From positions 288,001-352,000 of the forward strand of contig CAWDGJ010000002.1 of assembly GCA_963801815.1 (NCBI GenBank): 64,000 bases of DNA. The letters are read 5' to 3'. Below, piece by piece: positions 36,284 to 47,061 of the stretch. Numbering within the stretch: position 1 is the stretch's first letter; every line of letters begins with the position of its first letter. The notes beneath the pieces were generated by a model, which worked only from the letters and a program-made list of their open reading frames with translations, did no database searches and had not been told where the DNA came from. The position numbers and the translations under genes are program-made. This stretch comes from an uncultured Verrucomicrobiae bacterium (GTDB lineage: Bacteria > Verrucomicrobiota > Verrucomicrobiia > Chthoniobacterales > UBA10450).

Positions 36284-39200
36284 TCATTTGTAGTACGGCC
36301 GCAATGACGGCCGGAGCTTGCCGACCTTAAGCGCGGTTTCGATTTCAGAATCCGAAGCCGCATCGTTGGAGAAGCTGCGTACTTCGCCGCCTTCCAAAGC
36401 TGCGAGTGGCAATCCGTTCCGAAACGATACCCGGTTCGTGGTAAAGGCCGGGACTCTTGATCCGGGAGTGAGAATTCCGTGCAGGTTCAACGGATCAGCC
36501 GCGCTAAGAATGATGAGTTGCATGCTTGGCTCGGATTTTCGAATTGATCGCAACAAACCGATCGCCTCCGGCAACGCGAATTGTTCACCGCTCGCACCGG
36601 CAATGAAATAGCCACCGCGAATTTCGCCGCGCGCTTCAAGTCGCCGATAGATCCGGCCGAGTTCATACCAGGTTACATTCAGACTTTCGCGCTCGAGCAA
36701 ACGACGAAACATGACGCCGTAACGGCGCAATAAAACGCGCGCGAATTTTTCAACGGCCACATCGCGCTCAGCCGTATGCGCTCCGTTTGATTCCTCAGGC
36801 GCTTGCTTTCGAATCAACGACCAACGTCCGGCAAATTCGATACTCGCCAGATTGGTTTTGCGCCGGCGTTTTCCTTCGTTGCGACCAAGCGTCGGTCGCT
36901 TGTTTGATGGAACGAGCAACGCGCGTAAGCCGTCGAAACTGTCGGACGTGACAAAACCTAATGCCGCAAGTTCGGAGAGTGCTTCTTCAACTTGGGACGG
37001 CAACAAACCTGTCCGCTTCACGAGTTCGGTAAAAAATGAAGCGCCGTCGTTCCCAAGCGTGTCGCGCACACTTTGCGCGTTTGCTGAAAGTTCGATCGCC
37101 GATTTTGTAGAAGCCAGCAGCAGCCAATCCTCGAGATTTTCACGCTGATAAAGCGCGATTGGGCTGGTGCGCAGCGGCGCGGTTGCACGCGCATGCGGAT
37201 GTTGCGGCGAACTCAATCGTCCCCAACCGACGCGACCTGAAGAACAAAGACGATCGAGCCACTCGGGATCATAATCGCTCACCCGCGCGCTGAGGACCGC
37301 CGATTCCCAGGACGCCAGTGGCAATTCACAACCATCGAGCTGTTCCAGAACCGATTGCAATCCTTCCGGCCCTTCAACGCGATGTTCCGAATCGACGCGT
37401 TGCCATGCGAAAAGGAAGCGATAGAAACCCTGCGCGGAAACCGGCTGAATTTCTGCGCGAAGCCGGTCGATCGTCAGCCGATGAATTCGCGCGAGCAATC
37501 GCCGATCACACCATTCCTGTTCCGTTGCGTCCGGATGAAATTTCCCGCGAAGAACGAAACCCTCTCCTTCAAGGCCAAGCAACCCCGCTTCCACTTCTGA
37601 TTGCGAGAGACCAAGAATATCCTGCAATTCGGTGATCGTGACCGGTCCAGAAACTTCCATTCGTCCGCGCAATAGCTCGCGAATCGCGCTTGACCGGTCC
37701 CAAGCTTGTTTCTGCGCGGATTCCGGCGCCTCCAATGCAGGATTTATATCGGCGCTTGGATAAACCGCCTTCAATAACGGCACACGTTCGGCAACAACCC
37801 AAAATGTTTTGCCGTTCCAACGCATTTGTGCGGCGCGTTTCGATTCGACGAGCTCGTTCGATAATTTCTCGGCGCCGGCTCCGTTCGCTTCATGATGGAC
37901 CGTCCGCTGCACCTCCTCACCCGTCATCACTGCCAGAAGCATCAAAGCGTCGTGTAATTCATCGGCGTTGGCAGCTTCAGGCCATGCTCCATGTTCTACT
38001 TTCTCGATTGCGGCCGAATCGAGAATACCGAGACCATCGCTGCCATTTTTTTCTGAAGCACGGCGCGTGTAAACGGCCTGAGTGCGACGTTCCTCAAGCG
38101 GCGCATTGTCCAGAAAGGCGTAGGGGCGCGCATTCAAAATCTCCGAGGCCAGCGGTGACGGCTCCGGCAAATCGCGCGCGATGCAACGAATCTCGGCATT
38201 CTCGATCTTGCGCAGCACTTCCTCGAGGCCGTCGATGTCCATCGCTTCGTTCAGGCAATCGTCGATCGTTTGTTTGACCAACGGATGATCGGGAATTTCG
38301 CGATCGCCAACGATATGCTCCAAACAGGCGAGCTGATCCGGAAACACCGCGGCCAGTAAATTCTCGGACTCCATTCGCTGCAACGGCGCGGCGAGCTTGG
38401 AGCCGCCACGAAATCGCGGCACGGCCAGCGAACGCGTTGCGTTCCACCGCCAGCGGATTGTAAACATCGGTGCGTCGAGCAAAGCTTGCACCAGTAAATC
38501 GCGAACGGTTTTTGAGTTGAGATAACGAAAAACTTCTTCGAGCGGAAATGAATGCTGCGTTCCCAGCGAAATAACAATCGAGTCGTCCGTTGCCGCGGCC
38601 TGCAGCTCGAAATTGAAAGATCGACAGAAACGTTTTCGCAACGCAAGGCCCCAGGCGCGATTGATTCGATTCCCGAATGGCGAATGCAAAACGAGCTGCA
38701 TTCCACCCGATTCATCAAAAAACCGTTCCATCACCAACGTTTGCTGCGACGGTATTGCGCCGAGCGCGCGATAAGTATCGGCGAAATAATCGGCAATCTG
38801 CTGCGCGGCCTCGGCCGGCAATTTCAGGTCATCGACAAGCCATGCTCGCAAGCTATCCAAACCACTGGCAACTTGACCGACTGGGTCGGTCAAGTTTGAG
38901 AGTCGGCGTTCAATTTCCTGGCGAAGATTTGAAACAGCGACGGAAAGCTCGTTGGTCCGAGCAGGCGCTTCGCCCAGCCAGAACGGGATTCCTGGCGGCT
39001 GGCCTTTCGCATCTTCGACTCGGACCACGCCCGAGTTGATGCGCACGATGCGCCACGACGCGTTACCGAGCTGAAAGATGTCTCCGGCCAGACTTTCCAC
39101 CGCAAAATCTTCGTTCACCGTTCCGACAAAGGTCTCGGAGGGTTCAAGAACCACGCGGTAGTCCGCATTGTCGGGAATGGCGCCGCCAGATGTAAGTGCG

Positions 39201-40669
39201 GTCAGTCGGGCCCCGCGCCGACCGCGGATGCGATGATTGACCGCATCGTGGTGGATCAAGGCTGAACGTCGCCCGCGTTTTGTGCTGAAACCTTCGGCCA
39301 GCATTTTTTCGACACTTTCGAATTCTTCGCGCGAAAGATCCCGATAGGGCCAGGCTGCGCGAATAAGCTCAAACAGTTTGTTCTCGTCCCAATCATCGGT
39401 CGAGCTCGCGGCGACAATTTGTTGGGCCAGAACGTCCAGCGGCTTTTGAGGAATCAACAGTCGATCCAACTCTCCGCGCCGAACCGCATGCACTAACGCG
39501 GCAACTTCGACCAACTCATCCCGGCTCAACGGAAAAATTCTGCCCTTGGGCAAACCGCAGCGCTTGTGTTCCGCGCGGCCAACGCGTTGGAGCAAAGTTG
39601 CGATCGAACGCGTCGTGCCCAGCTGACAAACGAGATCAACCGAGCCGATGTCGATCCCCAGCTCGAGTGACGCGGTCGCGACCAGCGCCTTTAGTTCGCC
39701 GCGTTTCAATCGGTCCTCCGCGTCGAGGCGCAACTTCGCGGAGAGACTTCCGTGATGGGACGTCACGGCGTCGGCCCCAAGAAGTTCGCTTAAATGATGG
39801 GTCACGCGCTCCGCCATTCGGCGGGTGTTTACAAACACGAGGGTCGTGCGGTGTCCCTGAATCAATTCGGCGAGCCGCGAATAAACTTCTTCCCAAACTT
39901 CGTTCGACATTACCGCTTCCAGCGGCGATTTCGGAATCTCGATCGCCAAATCAAGCTCGCGGCGATGGCCGATATCGATGATTGCGCAGTTTGGATGGCC
40001 GCCCGGATCGACGTTCCTCGTTCCGACTAGAAAACGCGCAACTTCTTCGATCGGTTTCTGCGTTGCGGAAAGTCCAATGCGTTGCAGTGGGCATTCGGTC
40101 AGCGCCGCTAGCCGCTCGATACTCAATGCGAGATGCGCGCCGCGGCGATCGTCGACCACAGCGTGGATCTCATCGAGAATCACGGTGCGCACTGTCTTCA
40201 ACATTTTTCGGCCGGAATCGGACGTCACCAGCAGATACAAAGACTCGGGTGTCGTGACCAGGATGTGCGGAGGGGTTTTGATCAGCGCCTGACGCTGTGC
40301 TGCTGTCGTGTCGCCAGTGCGCACCTCCGCGCGAACATCAACATCGTGGCCTTCCTGTTTTAGCAATTCACGAATTCCCGCCAGCGGTTCCTGCAGGTTT
40401 TTCCGAATGTCGTTACTCAGCGCTTTAAGCGGCGAGACGTAAACGATTTGCGTTTCGTTCGGCAGTTCGCCGGCCGCGCCTTCGCGAAACAATCGATCGA
40501 GCGAAGCGAGAAATGCGGCCAACGTCTTACCAGAGCCCGTCGGGGCGGAGATCAACACGTCATGGCCGGATTGAATCTCCGGCCAGCCACGCGCCTGCGG
40601 TTCGGTAGGCGATCCAAAAGTTCGCTCAAACCAGCGCGCCACCGCGGGATGAAATTGAAAGGCCGACAT
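36284..40669 (-). CDS. lhr: Long Lhr-family SF2 helicase
   Basis: [49 protein letters not shown]; extended C-terminal region ([19 protein letters not shown]). Confidence 0.9.
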   Translation of the reverse strand: MSAFQFHPAVARWFERTFGSPTEPQARGWPEIQSGHDVLISAPTGSGKTLAAFLASLDRLFREGAAGELPNETQIVYVSPLKALSNDIRKNLQEPLAGIRELLKQEGHDVDVRAEVRTGDTTAAQRQALIKTPPHILVTTPESLYLLVTSDSGRKMLKTVRTVILDEIHAVVDDRRGAHLALSIERLAALTECPLQRIGLSATQKPIEEVARFLVGTRNVDPGGHPNCAIIDIGHRRELDLAIEIPKSPLEAVMSNEVWEEVYSRLAELIQGHRTTLVFVNTRRMAERVTHHLSELLGADAVTSHHGSLSAKLRLDAEDRLKRGELKALVATASLELGIDIGSVDLVCQLGTTRSIATLLQRVGRAEHKRCGLPKGRIFPLSRDELVEVAALVHAVRRGELDRLLIPQKPLDVLAQQIVAASSTDDWDENKLFELIRAAWPYRDLSREEFESVEKMLAEGFSTKRGRRSALIHHDAVNHRIRGRRGARLTALTSGGAIPDNADYRVVLEPSETFVGTVNEDFAVESLAGDIFQLGNASWRIVRINSGVVRVEDAKGQPPGIPFWLGEAPARTNELSVAVSNLRQEIERRLSNLTDPVGQVASGLDSLRAWLVDDLKLPAEAAQQIADYFADTYRALGAIPSQQTLVMERFFDESGGMQLVLHSPFGNRINRAWGLALRKRFCRSFNFELQAAATDDSIVISLGTQHSFPLEEVFRYLNSKTVRDLLVQALLDAPMFTIRWRWNATRSLAVPRFRGGSKLAAPLQRMESENLLAAVFPDQLACLEHIVGDREIPDHPLVKQTIDDCLNEAMDIDGLEEVLRKIENAEIRCIARDLPEPSPLASEILNARPYAFLDNAPLEERRTQAVYTRRASEKNGSDGLGILDSAAIEKVEHGAWPEAANADELHDALMLLAVMTGEEVQRTVHHEANGAGAEKLSNELVESKRAAQMRWNGKTFWVVAERVPLLKAVYPSADINPALEAPESAQKQAWDRSSAIRELLRGRMEVSGPVTITELQDILGLSQSEVEAGLLGLEGEGFVLRGKFHPDATEQEWCDRRLLARIHRLTIDRLRAEIQPVSAQGFYRFLFAWQRVDSEHRVEGPEGLQSVLEQLDGCELPLASWESAVLSARVSDYDPEWLDRLCSSGRVGWGRLSSPQHPHARATAPLRTSPIALYQRENLEDWLLLASTKSAIELSANAQSVRDTLGNDGASFFTELVKRTGLLPSQVEEALSELAALGFVTSDSFDGLRALLVPSNKRPTLGRNEGKRRRKTNLASIEFAGRWSLIRKQAPEESNGAHTAERDVAVEKFARVLLRRYGVMFRRLLERESLNVTWYELGRIYRRLEARGEIRGGYFIAGASGEQFALPEAIGLLRSIRKSEPSMQLIILSAADPLNLHGILTPGSRVPAFTTNRVSFRNGLPLAALEGGEVRSFSNDAASDSEIETALKVGKLRPSLRPYYK
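38870..38896. repeat. Intragenic perfect 27-bp palindrome in lhr
   Basis: AACTTGACCGAC-TGG-GTCGGTCAAGTT; encodes NLTDPVGQV. Confidence 0.85.
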
Positions 40670-40712
40670 GACGCAAGAAAACGGGCGACTAATTTACGCG
40701 CTGGGTACGGTT

Positions 40713-40821
40713 TGTCATTTCGAGCGGAGCGGGGAATCTCACAATCGAACCGCGGGCCACACAATTTACTTTGCGTGATCAGTCGGCCGATGAGAGATCC
40801 CTCACATCCGTTCGGGATGAC
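40713..40821. repeat. 109-bp REPIN-like element at the 5' side of lhr
   Basis: TGTCATTTCGAGCGGAGCGGGGAATCTC ... GAGATCCCTCACATCCGTTCGGGATGAC; alignable end to end with 36152-36260. Confidence 0.8.
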
Positions 40822-41530
40822 TTGATAAGCGCAACGCGATCACTTCGCGCAACATCGCCAAACTATCGTGGACGACGCGGACTTTGCTGCCTTCCGAATG
40901 ATTCCAGCGAACCGGGACTTCGCGCAAACGCAAACCGCCGCGATAGGCCAGGAAAAGAAGCTCGACGTCAAATGCAAAACCAACAGTGTGCGCTTTTTCT
41001 AGAATCGGCCGGCAAACCTCGAGCCGAAATGCCTTGAAGCCGCATTGCGTGTCCCAAAACGGCATTCCGGTCGCGAGACGCACGATCAAATTGAAAACCC
41101 GGCCGGCCTGTTCCCGTCGCCACGGCTGATGAACGCCAATCAGCTTGCGATCGAGGGCGCGCGAACCAAACGCGAGATCGACCTCTCCGCTTGCGATCGG
41201 CTCGATCAATTTCGGAATTTCACTGAGCGGCGTGGACAAATCCGCATCGAAAAACATTCCAATCGGCTTGGTCGCAGCGAGCAACCCGCTTTCCACCGCC
41301 GCGCCTTTGCCACGATTAGGAAAATTCTCAAGCAGACGAGCTTGAATTTTCGCGCCGGCCAGGGCTTCACGAACAATCTCCGACGTTGGGTCGGTCGACC
41401 CGTCGTTGACCACAATCAGTTCCGCATCCGGGCTTTCGGCCGATAAGTAATCGAGGGTTGAGCGCACCGTTCCGCCGATGCGCGCGGCTTCATTATAGCA
41501 AGGGATGGTGACGGAAAACGGCGGCAGCAT
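40802..41530 (-). CDS. GT2 glycosyltransferase (polyprenyl-phosphate glucosyltransferase-like)
   Basis: IPCYNE, VNDGSTD, NRGKGAAV, DADLSTP, DTQCGFK, FAFDVE. Confidence 0.9.
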   Translation of the reverse strand: MLPPFSVTIPCYNEAARIGGTVRSTLDYLSAESPDAELIVVNDGSTDPTSEIVREALAGAKIQARLLENFPNRGKGAAVESGLLAATKPIGMFFDADLSTPLSEIPKLIEPIASGEVDLAFGSRALDRKLIGVHQPWRREQAGRVFNLIVRLATGMPFWDTQCGFKAFRLEVCRPILEKAHTVGFAFDVELLFLAYRGGLRLREVPVRWNHSEGSKVRVVHDSLAMLREVIALRLSSHPERM

Positions 41531-41605
41531 GGTGAAGGCGAGATTCGTTAAACCGTTACAAGGTTACATCGGTTCGCCGCTTCACGATTGTCGATTCACA
41601 GTCTC

Positions 41606-42637
41606 TCAACGATAAATCTCGGTCACGAACTTGCCATTGGCATCGACGTATCCCCGATACATGCCGGAAGTGTTGAACGGCAACGCGATGTTACCGCTCT
41701 TGTCGATGGCGATCATTCCGCCGGTCCCGCCAAGTTTTCCAATCTTATCAATCACCGCGATCGACGCTTCCTGCAGCGTCTTCCGGCGATATTCCATCAT
41801 TGCCGAGACATCATGCGTTGCAGTGGCCCTGATGAAAAATTCGCCGTCGCCCGTACCGGAAACCGCGCAGGTGGCATTGTTCGCGTAAGTGCCAGCGCCG
41901 ATCACCGGCGTGTCGCCGACTCTTCCCGGCAGCTTGCCCGTTTTGCCGCCGGTTGAAGTTGCGGCGGCGAGGTTGCCGTTTCGATCCAGCGCGACGGCAC
42001 CGACCGTGCCATGAAGATCCTGATCGCTGACGAAGAATTTTTTGTCGCCGTTGGCGCCGGTGCTCTTTTCCGCAGCCTTAACTTTTTGCAACGCGTCCCA
42101 GCGTTCCTGGGTGAAAAAATATTTCGCATCGACGAGCTCGACGCCGTGCTCCTTTGCAAACGCCTCCGCGCCTTCGCCCGCCATCATCACGTGCGGCGAT
42201 TTCTCCATTACCAGACGGGCGAGACTGATCGGGTTCTTGACGTGCTGCAAATTCGCAACCGCGCCGGCCCGCAACGTTTTTCCGTCCATGATCGCTGCGT
42301 CCATTTCGTTGACACCGGCTGCGTTGAAAACGGCACCCTTTCCGGCGTTGAAGAGCGGATCGTCCTCGAAAACACGCACCGCAGCTTCAGTCGCATCCAG
42401 GCTCGAGCCGCCGTGCTGCAAAATTTCCCACCCCGCGCGGAGCGCGTTTTCAATTCCAGTGCGATACTGATGCTCCGCCTCCGGCGTCATCTTGCCACGC
42501 TCCATCGTTCCGGCGCCGCCGTGCACGACTAACCCGATTTTATTTGCTTTGACTGAACTCATTCTGCCGAACTGTTGTGCGCCGGTCGTCGTCGCAAGGG
42601 CGACCGCTCCCCAGATCAAGAAATTTCGCACCGACAT
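41606..42637 (-). CDS. iaaA: Isoaspartyl peptidase/L-asparaginase (Ntn hydrolase), signal-like N-terminus
   Basis: HGGAG, FNAGKG, HGTVGAVA (Thr nucleophile), TSTGG, GRVGDTP, SGTGDGE. Confidence 0.9.
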   Translation of the reverse strand: MSVRNFLIWGAVALATTTGAQQFGRMSSVKANKIGLVVHGGAGTMERGKMTPEAEHQYRTGIENALRAGWEILQHGGSSLDATEAAVRVFEDDPLFNAGKGAVFNAAGVNEMDAAIMDGKTLRAGAVANLQHVKNPISLARLVMEKSPHVMMAGEGAEAFAKEHGVELVDAKYFFTQERWDALQKVKAAEKSTGANGDKKFFVSDQDLHGTVGAVALDRNGNLAAATSTGGKTGKLPGRVGDTPVIGAGTYANNATCAVSGTGDGEFFIRATATHDVSAMMEYRRKTLQEASIAVIDKIGKLGGTGGMIAIDKSGNIALPFNTSGMYRGYVDANGKFVTEIYR

Positions 42638-42738
42638 ACCGGTTTATGCCCGAAACAAATAGTCTGCCCTGGTCAGCCGCGCCAGTGCGAAGAAAACGCT
42701 TTTTAGACTTCACGACCTGAGGCACTTTCCCAGTCGGC

Positions 42739-43590
42739 ATGGCGGAACAAAGGAAAGAAACAACCGAGGAGGGGCTGATCACGGCGCCGGTGGTCGCCTT
42801 GCAGGAAATTGGCAGCATTGGCGAAAATCTCTTCCGCGAGGTCGGAAGTATCTTCTGGTTCATCATCAACACGATCGACGAAACCTTCGAGCGTTTGCGC
42901 GAGGGCCGCGTGCCGTTCCGAGCCGCAAGTTTTTTCCGGTATGCCGAGCGGTCTGGTGTTGAGTCGGTGCCACTGGTCGCACTGGTTTCTTTTTTCCTGG
43001 GATTAACCATGGCGCTGCTGACCGGTTATCAATTGCAACGGTTCGGGACGGAACGCCTCGTGCCCGGGTTGGTGTCGATCGGTTTCACCCGCGAGCTCGG
43101 CCCGTTAATCACCGGCATCATGCTTGCAGCGCGAATCGGTGCCGCGTTTACCGCCGAGTTGGGCACGATGACTGTCTCGGAGGAAGTAGAAGCGATCGAA
43201 GCGATGGGAATCGGGCCACTCCGGTTTTTGGTCGCGCCGCGAATGCTCGCTCTCTTTTTCCTGATGCCGTGTCTTTCCACGATCTCAAACATCTCGGCGA
43301 TTGTGGCCACAAGCCTGATCTCGAAAGCGTATTTCAGCATTGCCTTCCCGTATTTTATCGATCTTGTCCGCGACTCCTTACTTATCCGCGACCTGATCAC
43401 CGGTGTGGCGAAAAGTTTCCTGTTTGGTTTGCTGATCGCGGCGATCGCCTGTTACCGCGGACTGAGCGTAAAAGGCGGCGCCGCGGGAGTTGGCAGCGCG
43501 ACGACGTCGAGCGTTGTCACCGCAATCACCGTCGTGATTGGCGTCGATACTCTCTACAACGTCGTCTACGTGAATTTTTTCCCGACATGA
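42739..43590 (+). CDS. mlaE: MlaE-family ABC permease
   Basis: RELGPLITG, AELGTMTVSEEVEAIEAMGI, GVGSATTSSVV. Confidence 0.9.
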   Translation: MAEQRKETTEEGLITAPVVALQEIGSIGENLFREVGSIFWFIINTIDETFERLREGRVPFRAASFFRYAERSGVESVPLVALVSFFLGLTMALLTGYQLQRFGTERLVPGLVSIGFTRELGPLITGIMLAARIGAAFTAELGTMTVSEEVEAIEAMGIGPLRFLVAPRMLALFFLMPCLSTISNISAIVATSLISKAYFSIAFPYFIDLVRDSLLIRDLITGVAKSFLFGLLIAAIACYRGLSVKGGAAGVGSATTSSVVTAITVVIGVDTLYNVVYVNFFPT

Positions 43591-44378
43591 GCGCGAAGAA
43601 CGAGCATATGGTCCAGCTGCGCGACGTCGAAAAGGAGTTCGAGAACAAGAAAGTGCTCGATAGAGTAACCCTTGAAGTTGACCCCGCGGAGCGTCTCGTG
43701 GTCATGGGGCAAAGCGGCAGCGGCAAGAGCACGATATTACGTCTGATTTTGGGAATACTGCGGCCGGACGCCGGCGATGTTTTTTTCAAACAATTCGAGA
43801 TCACGCGTTTGAAGCGCCGCAAATTGCAACAGGTGCGCCGGCACATTGGGATGGTTTATCAATACTCAGCCCTGCTGAGCTCGCGGAGCGTTCGGGACAA
43901 CGTCGCGCTGCCGCTGGAAGAGCTAACGGACGAATCGCGCAAAGAAATCGACAAGATCGTTGATGAAAAGCTCGAACTTGTCGGGATGAAGGATGCTAGG
44001 GACCTGATGCCTTCGGAATTAAGCGGCGGAATGCGCAAACGCGTCAGCCTGGCTCGAGCGCTGACAATGGAGCCGGAGCTGGTCCTGTTTGACGAACCCA
44101 CCGCCGGTCTTGACCCGGTGATCGCGTCGGTCATCGACGAGTTAATTATCAGCCTCACCGAAAATGCCAGAGTTACTTCCATCATCGTGACTCACGAGAT
44201 GGAAAGCGCCTTTCGCATCGGCACGCGAATGGCTATGTTGTATCAGGGAAAAATCATTGAGGACGCCGATCCTGAAACTTTCAAACGATCCCAAAATCCT
44301 GTCGTCGCGCAGTTCTTGAGCGGAAGCACTGAAGGCCCCATTCTGGAAGGAAGCCAAGATGCAATTGCACAAAAATGA
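43587..44378 (+). CDS. mlaF: MlaF-family ABC ATPase
   Basis: GQSGSGKS, PSELSGGMRKRV, DEPTAGLDP; ATGA overlap with mlaE. Confidence 0.9.
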   Translation: MSAKNEHMVQLRDVEKEFENKKVLDRVTLEVDPAERLVVMGQSGSGKSTILRLILGILRPDAGDVFFKQFEITRLKRRKLQQVRRHIGMVYQYSALLSSRSVRDNVALPLEELTDESRKEIDKIVDEKLELVGMKDARDLMPSELSGGMRKRVSLARALTMEPELVLFDEPTAGLDPVIASVIDELIISLTENARVTSIIVTHEMESAFRIGTRMAMLYQGKIIEDADPETFKRSQNPVVAQFLSGSTEGPILEGSQDAIAQK

Positions 44379-45366
44379 GATCATGACCGGCCTGTTGGTG
44401 GTAGGGACGGTGGCCGCGCTTATGTTCGTCTTGGTTTTGCTCGGTGCGCCCGGTCTTTTTCGTCCGTTGGTCACTTACAAAATTTACGTGGACAACGCTG
44501 CCGGCATTAAACAGGGCGCGGCCGTTATGCTCGCCGGTCGCAAGATTGGTCAGGTTCAAAAACTGTACTCGCCTGTTTCAAAGGAAGAGGAACGTCGCGC
44601 GGAAGAGGCCGCCGCCGCGTTTCATCATCCTGAACCGAACGCTGTGCCGTCAGAGGCCGACAAACCAAAATACGAAGCGAGAATTGACGTTCAGGTTGAT
44701 CGTAACGCGATCGTTTATCGCGACGCTAATGCGCGACTTATGCAACTCGGTATGCTTGGCGACATGGCGATTGATATCACCCAGGGTACTGACAGTTCCG
44801 GTCGCGCACGTGACGGCGAAATTTTTGCCGGGGAACGAACACCCGACTTCAGTGAAGCCGCCGCGAAAATGCTGGACGTGATCAAGCCGGTCGCCACGGA
44901 AGCGACCAATACGATGAAATCCCTTCAAGAAACGGCGGACAACATCAATCACCTCACTGACGAGAACTCCGAACTGAGCCAGGCGCTCGTCCAGGTGAAG
45001 TCGTTTGGCGAACACATGGCCGATCTCACCGCACCGGACAGCGCGTTGTCTCACTCGCTTAACAACATCGAAAAGATCAGCAGCAGCCTGACCGAGAATG
45101 ATAACTTGAAAGTGACGCTGCAAAATTTTCGCGATGCTTCCGATAAATTGAAGATCACCATGCGTGACCTTGAACCGGTTGGAAAAAATTTCGCCGAGTT
45201 CAGCGACACCATCAAAACGCAGCCGTGGCGGCTGGTTTATCCCACAACGAAAAAATATCCCGAAAAGTCGCCGACACCCTCGTCCAGCGAAGCCACCATC
45301 ACCGTTCGCAAAACCGCGAAACCAAAAACGACCTCGACGGCAAAGAGCAGCGGCGGAAGTCGTTGA
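44359..45366 (+). CDS. mlaD: MlaD/MCE-domain protein with helical extension
   Basis: TM, NAAGIKQGAAVMLAGRKIGQV, GMLGDMAIDI, coiled coil, QPWRLV. Confidence 0.85.
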   Translation: MQLHKNEIMTGLLVVGTVAALMFVLVLLGAPGLFRPLVTYKIYVDNAAGIKQGAAVMLAGRKIGQVQKLYSPVSKEEERRAEEAAAAFHHPEPNAVPSEADKPKYEARIDVQVDRNAIVYRDANARLMQLGMLGDMAIDITQGTDSSGRARDGEIFAGERTPDFSEAAAKMLDVIKPVATEATNTMKSLQETADNINHLTDENSELSQALVQVKSFGEHMADLTAPDSALSHSLNNIEKISSSLTENDNLKVTLQNFRDASDKLKITMRDLEPVGKNFAEFSDTIKTQPWRLVYPTTKKYPEKSPTPSSSEATITVRKTAKPKTTSTAKSSGGSR

Positions 45367-45370
45367 TTGG

Positions 45371-46471
45371 CTAAACGGCTTTTTTGGCGAGCCGCGCTTC
45401 CAGAAATTTCAAAACGGCGGCTTCGCTCGAACGAAGGTCGACGTCTTCTTTTTCCAGCGCTTCTTCGGTCAACTCCTTCAATCCGTCGATTGACTCGTGG
45501 CTGAGGTAACTCTCGAAGATCGCGGGATGCACATAGCACTTCCGGCAAATCGCCGGTGTGTTGCCAAGAATTTTGGACACGGCGTTGATCGCAGCTCTGA
45601 CGTTTGACTTGGCCTGCTTCTTATTTTCGAATTCTTCCTGCGCGTTTAAGGCAACCGCAGTCAACACGGTGCCCGCCAGCGTTCGAAAATCCTTCGCGCT
45701 GAAATCTTCGTCCGTAATTTCGCGCAAATACTCGTTCACGTCCTGCGAAGTAACGTTGCGAATCTCGCCGTCATCGCCGACGTATTGAAACAAATCCTGG
45801 CCCGGCAAATCCTGGACCTTGGAAACAATTTTCGCGATGTGCCGATCGGTCACGTCAACCTCGTGCTCTTTCCCACTTTTCCCCCGAAAACGAAACCGCA
45901 ACTTCGAGCCCTTCACTTCCACATGTCGACCTTTCATGGTGGTGAGGCCGAAGGACTTGTTGTCGCGCGCGTACTCTTCGTTGCCGATGCGGATGAAAGT
46001 CCGCTCCAGCAATTGCACGACGGTGGCGAGCACTTTGTTTCGTGGAAGACCCTGCAACTTTAGGTCTTTGGCCACGCGTCTCCGGATTTTTGGCAACGCT
46101 TTCCCGAATGCGATCATACGATCGTACTTGCTTTCATCGCGAACTTCGCGCCAGCGCTCATGATAGAGATACTGTTTGCGGTGCCGCGCATCGCGGCCCG
46201 TTGCCTGGATGTGGCCGTTCGCGCTGGGACAAATCCAAACATCCGTCCAGGCCGGCGGAATTCCCAGACGCTTGATACGCAACAGCCGTTGGTCGTCGGC
46301 AATCGACTTTCCTTCGGTGTCGACGTACTCGAAGTTGTCGCCTTTTGCTTTTCGAGTATAACCCGGCCGATCGTCGCTCACGTAACTCAAACCGGCTTCC
46401 TCGGCAGCCTCGATCGCTTCGGCGACCAATTTTGCGCCGTTCCCGTTCCCATTTTTCGCCTGACTGCGCAT
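45371..46471 (-). CDS. DNA topoisomerase IB (bacterial/poxvirus-like)
   Basis: IPPAWTDVWIC, GRDARHRKQYLYH, IRIGN, FRGKSG, KDFRT, GNTPAICRKCYVHP (catalytic Tyr). Confidence 0.93.
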   Translation of the reverse strand: MRSQAKNGNGNGAKLVAEAIEAAEEAGLSYVSDDRPGYTRKAKGDNFEYVDTEGKSIADDQRLLRIKRLGIPPAWTDVWICPSANGHIQATGRDARHRKQYLYHERWREVRDESKYDRMIAFGKALPKIRRRVAKDLKLQGLPRNKVLATVVQLLERTFIRIGNEEYARDNKSFGLTTMKGRHVEVKGSKLRFRFRGKSGKEHEVDVTDRHIAKIVSKVQDLPGQDLFQYVGDDGEIRNVTSQDVNEYLREITDEDFSAKDFRTLAGTVLTAVALNAQEEFENKKQAKSNVRAAINAVSKILGNTPAICRKCYVHPAIFESYLSHESIDGLKELTEEALEKEDVDLRSSEAAVLKFLEARLAKKAV

Positions 46472-46544
46472 GTAATTGAATTCGCAAGCCGATCTTCGGC
46501 CGGCGGTTTCGACTTCGACGGCGCAATGACCGCGCCTGTTCAAT

Positions 46545-46970
46545 TCAGGAGCCGTAGCTCTTAGTGAACTTTTTCTTCGACTCGCCTTCAGTGGGGCTTT
46601 CGATCGGCCCGGAGGGCTCGGCCGCCGGCTTGGGCGTTTCTGGCGTCGATTCCGCGGGAGACTGTTTCGGTTGCGCAGCGCCCTGTGTCACCTGCCGCGA
46701 AACTTCCACAAAAACCATCTGCAGGTTCGAAAGAGCGTTGCGCAACACAGTGGACTCCTCGCTCGTTAGATTGCCGCGGGTTTTTTCCTGAATCATCGAC
46801 AGTTGATCGATGAACATTTTTGCAAGCTCGAGGTTCACTTCGCCTTCGCCAGTTTTCGGGTTCGGGATTTGTCCGAGAAACAGTGCGGCGTTCTGAGCGT
46901 GCATCATCACGAACTCGATGAAGCGCTGGGAAAGCTCGCCACTTTGAGTGCTGGTTTGGACTTCAGCCAT
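46545..46970 (-). CDS. DUF1844-like protein
   Basis: LGQIPNP, NLELAKMFIDQL, EKTRGNLT.EE..L...L..LQM.FV. Confidence 0.75.
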   Translation of the reverse strand: MAEVQTSTQSGELSQRFIEFVMMHAQNAALFLGQIPNPKTGEGEVNLELAKMFIDQLSMIQEKTRGNLTSEESTVLRNALSNLQMVFVEVSRQVTQGAAQPKQSPAESTPETPKPAAEPSGPIESPTEGESKKKFTKSYGS

Positions 46971-46977
46971 AAGAAGA

Positions 46978-47061
46978 AGTGATGAGTGACAGGTGACGAG
47001 TGGTAATGCTCATTAGCACAGCATTCTGCTCTCGTCACCCGTCACTTGTCACTTGTCACTT
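46978..47061. repeat. Inverted heptamer repeat (AGTGAC / GTCACTT type)
   Basis: AGTGATGAGTGACAGGTGACGAG facing CTCGTCACCCGTCACTTGTCACTTGTCACTT. Confidence 0.75.

Noticed and set aside
36284..46471. Prophage or defence island around lhr and topoisomerase IB
   Set aside because: No integrase, structural, restriction or toxin genes; intervening genes are ordinary envelope and metabolic functions.
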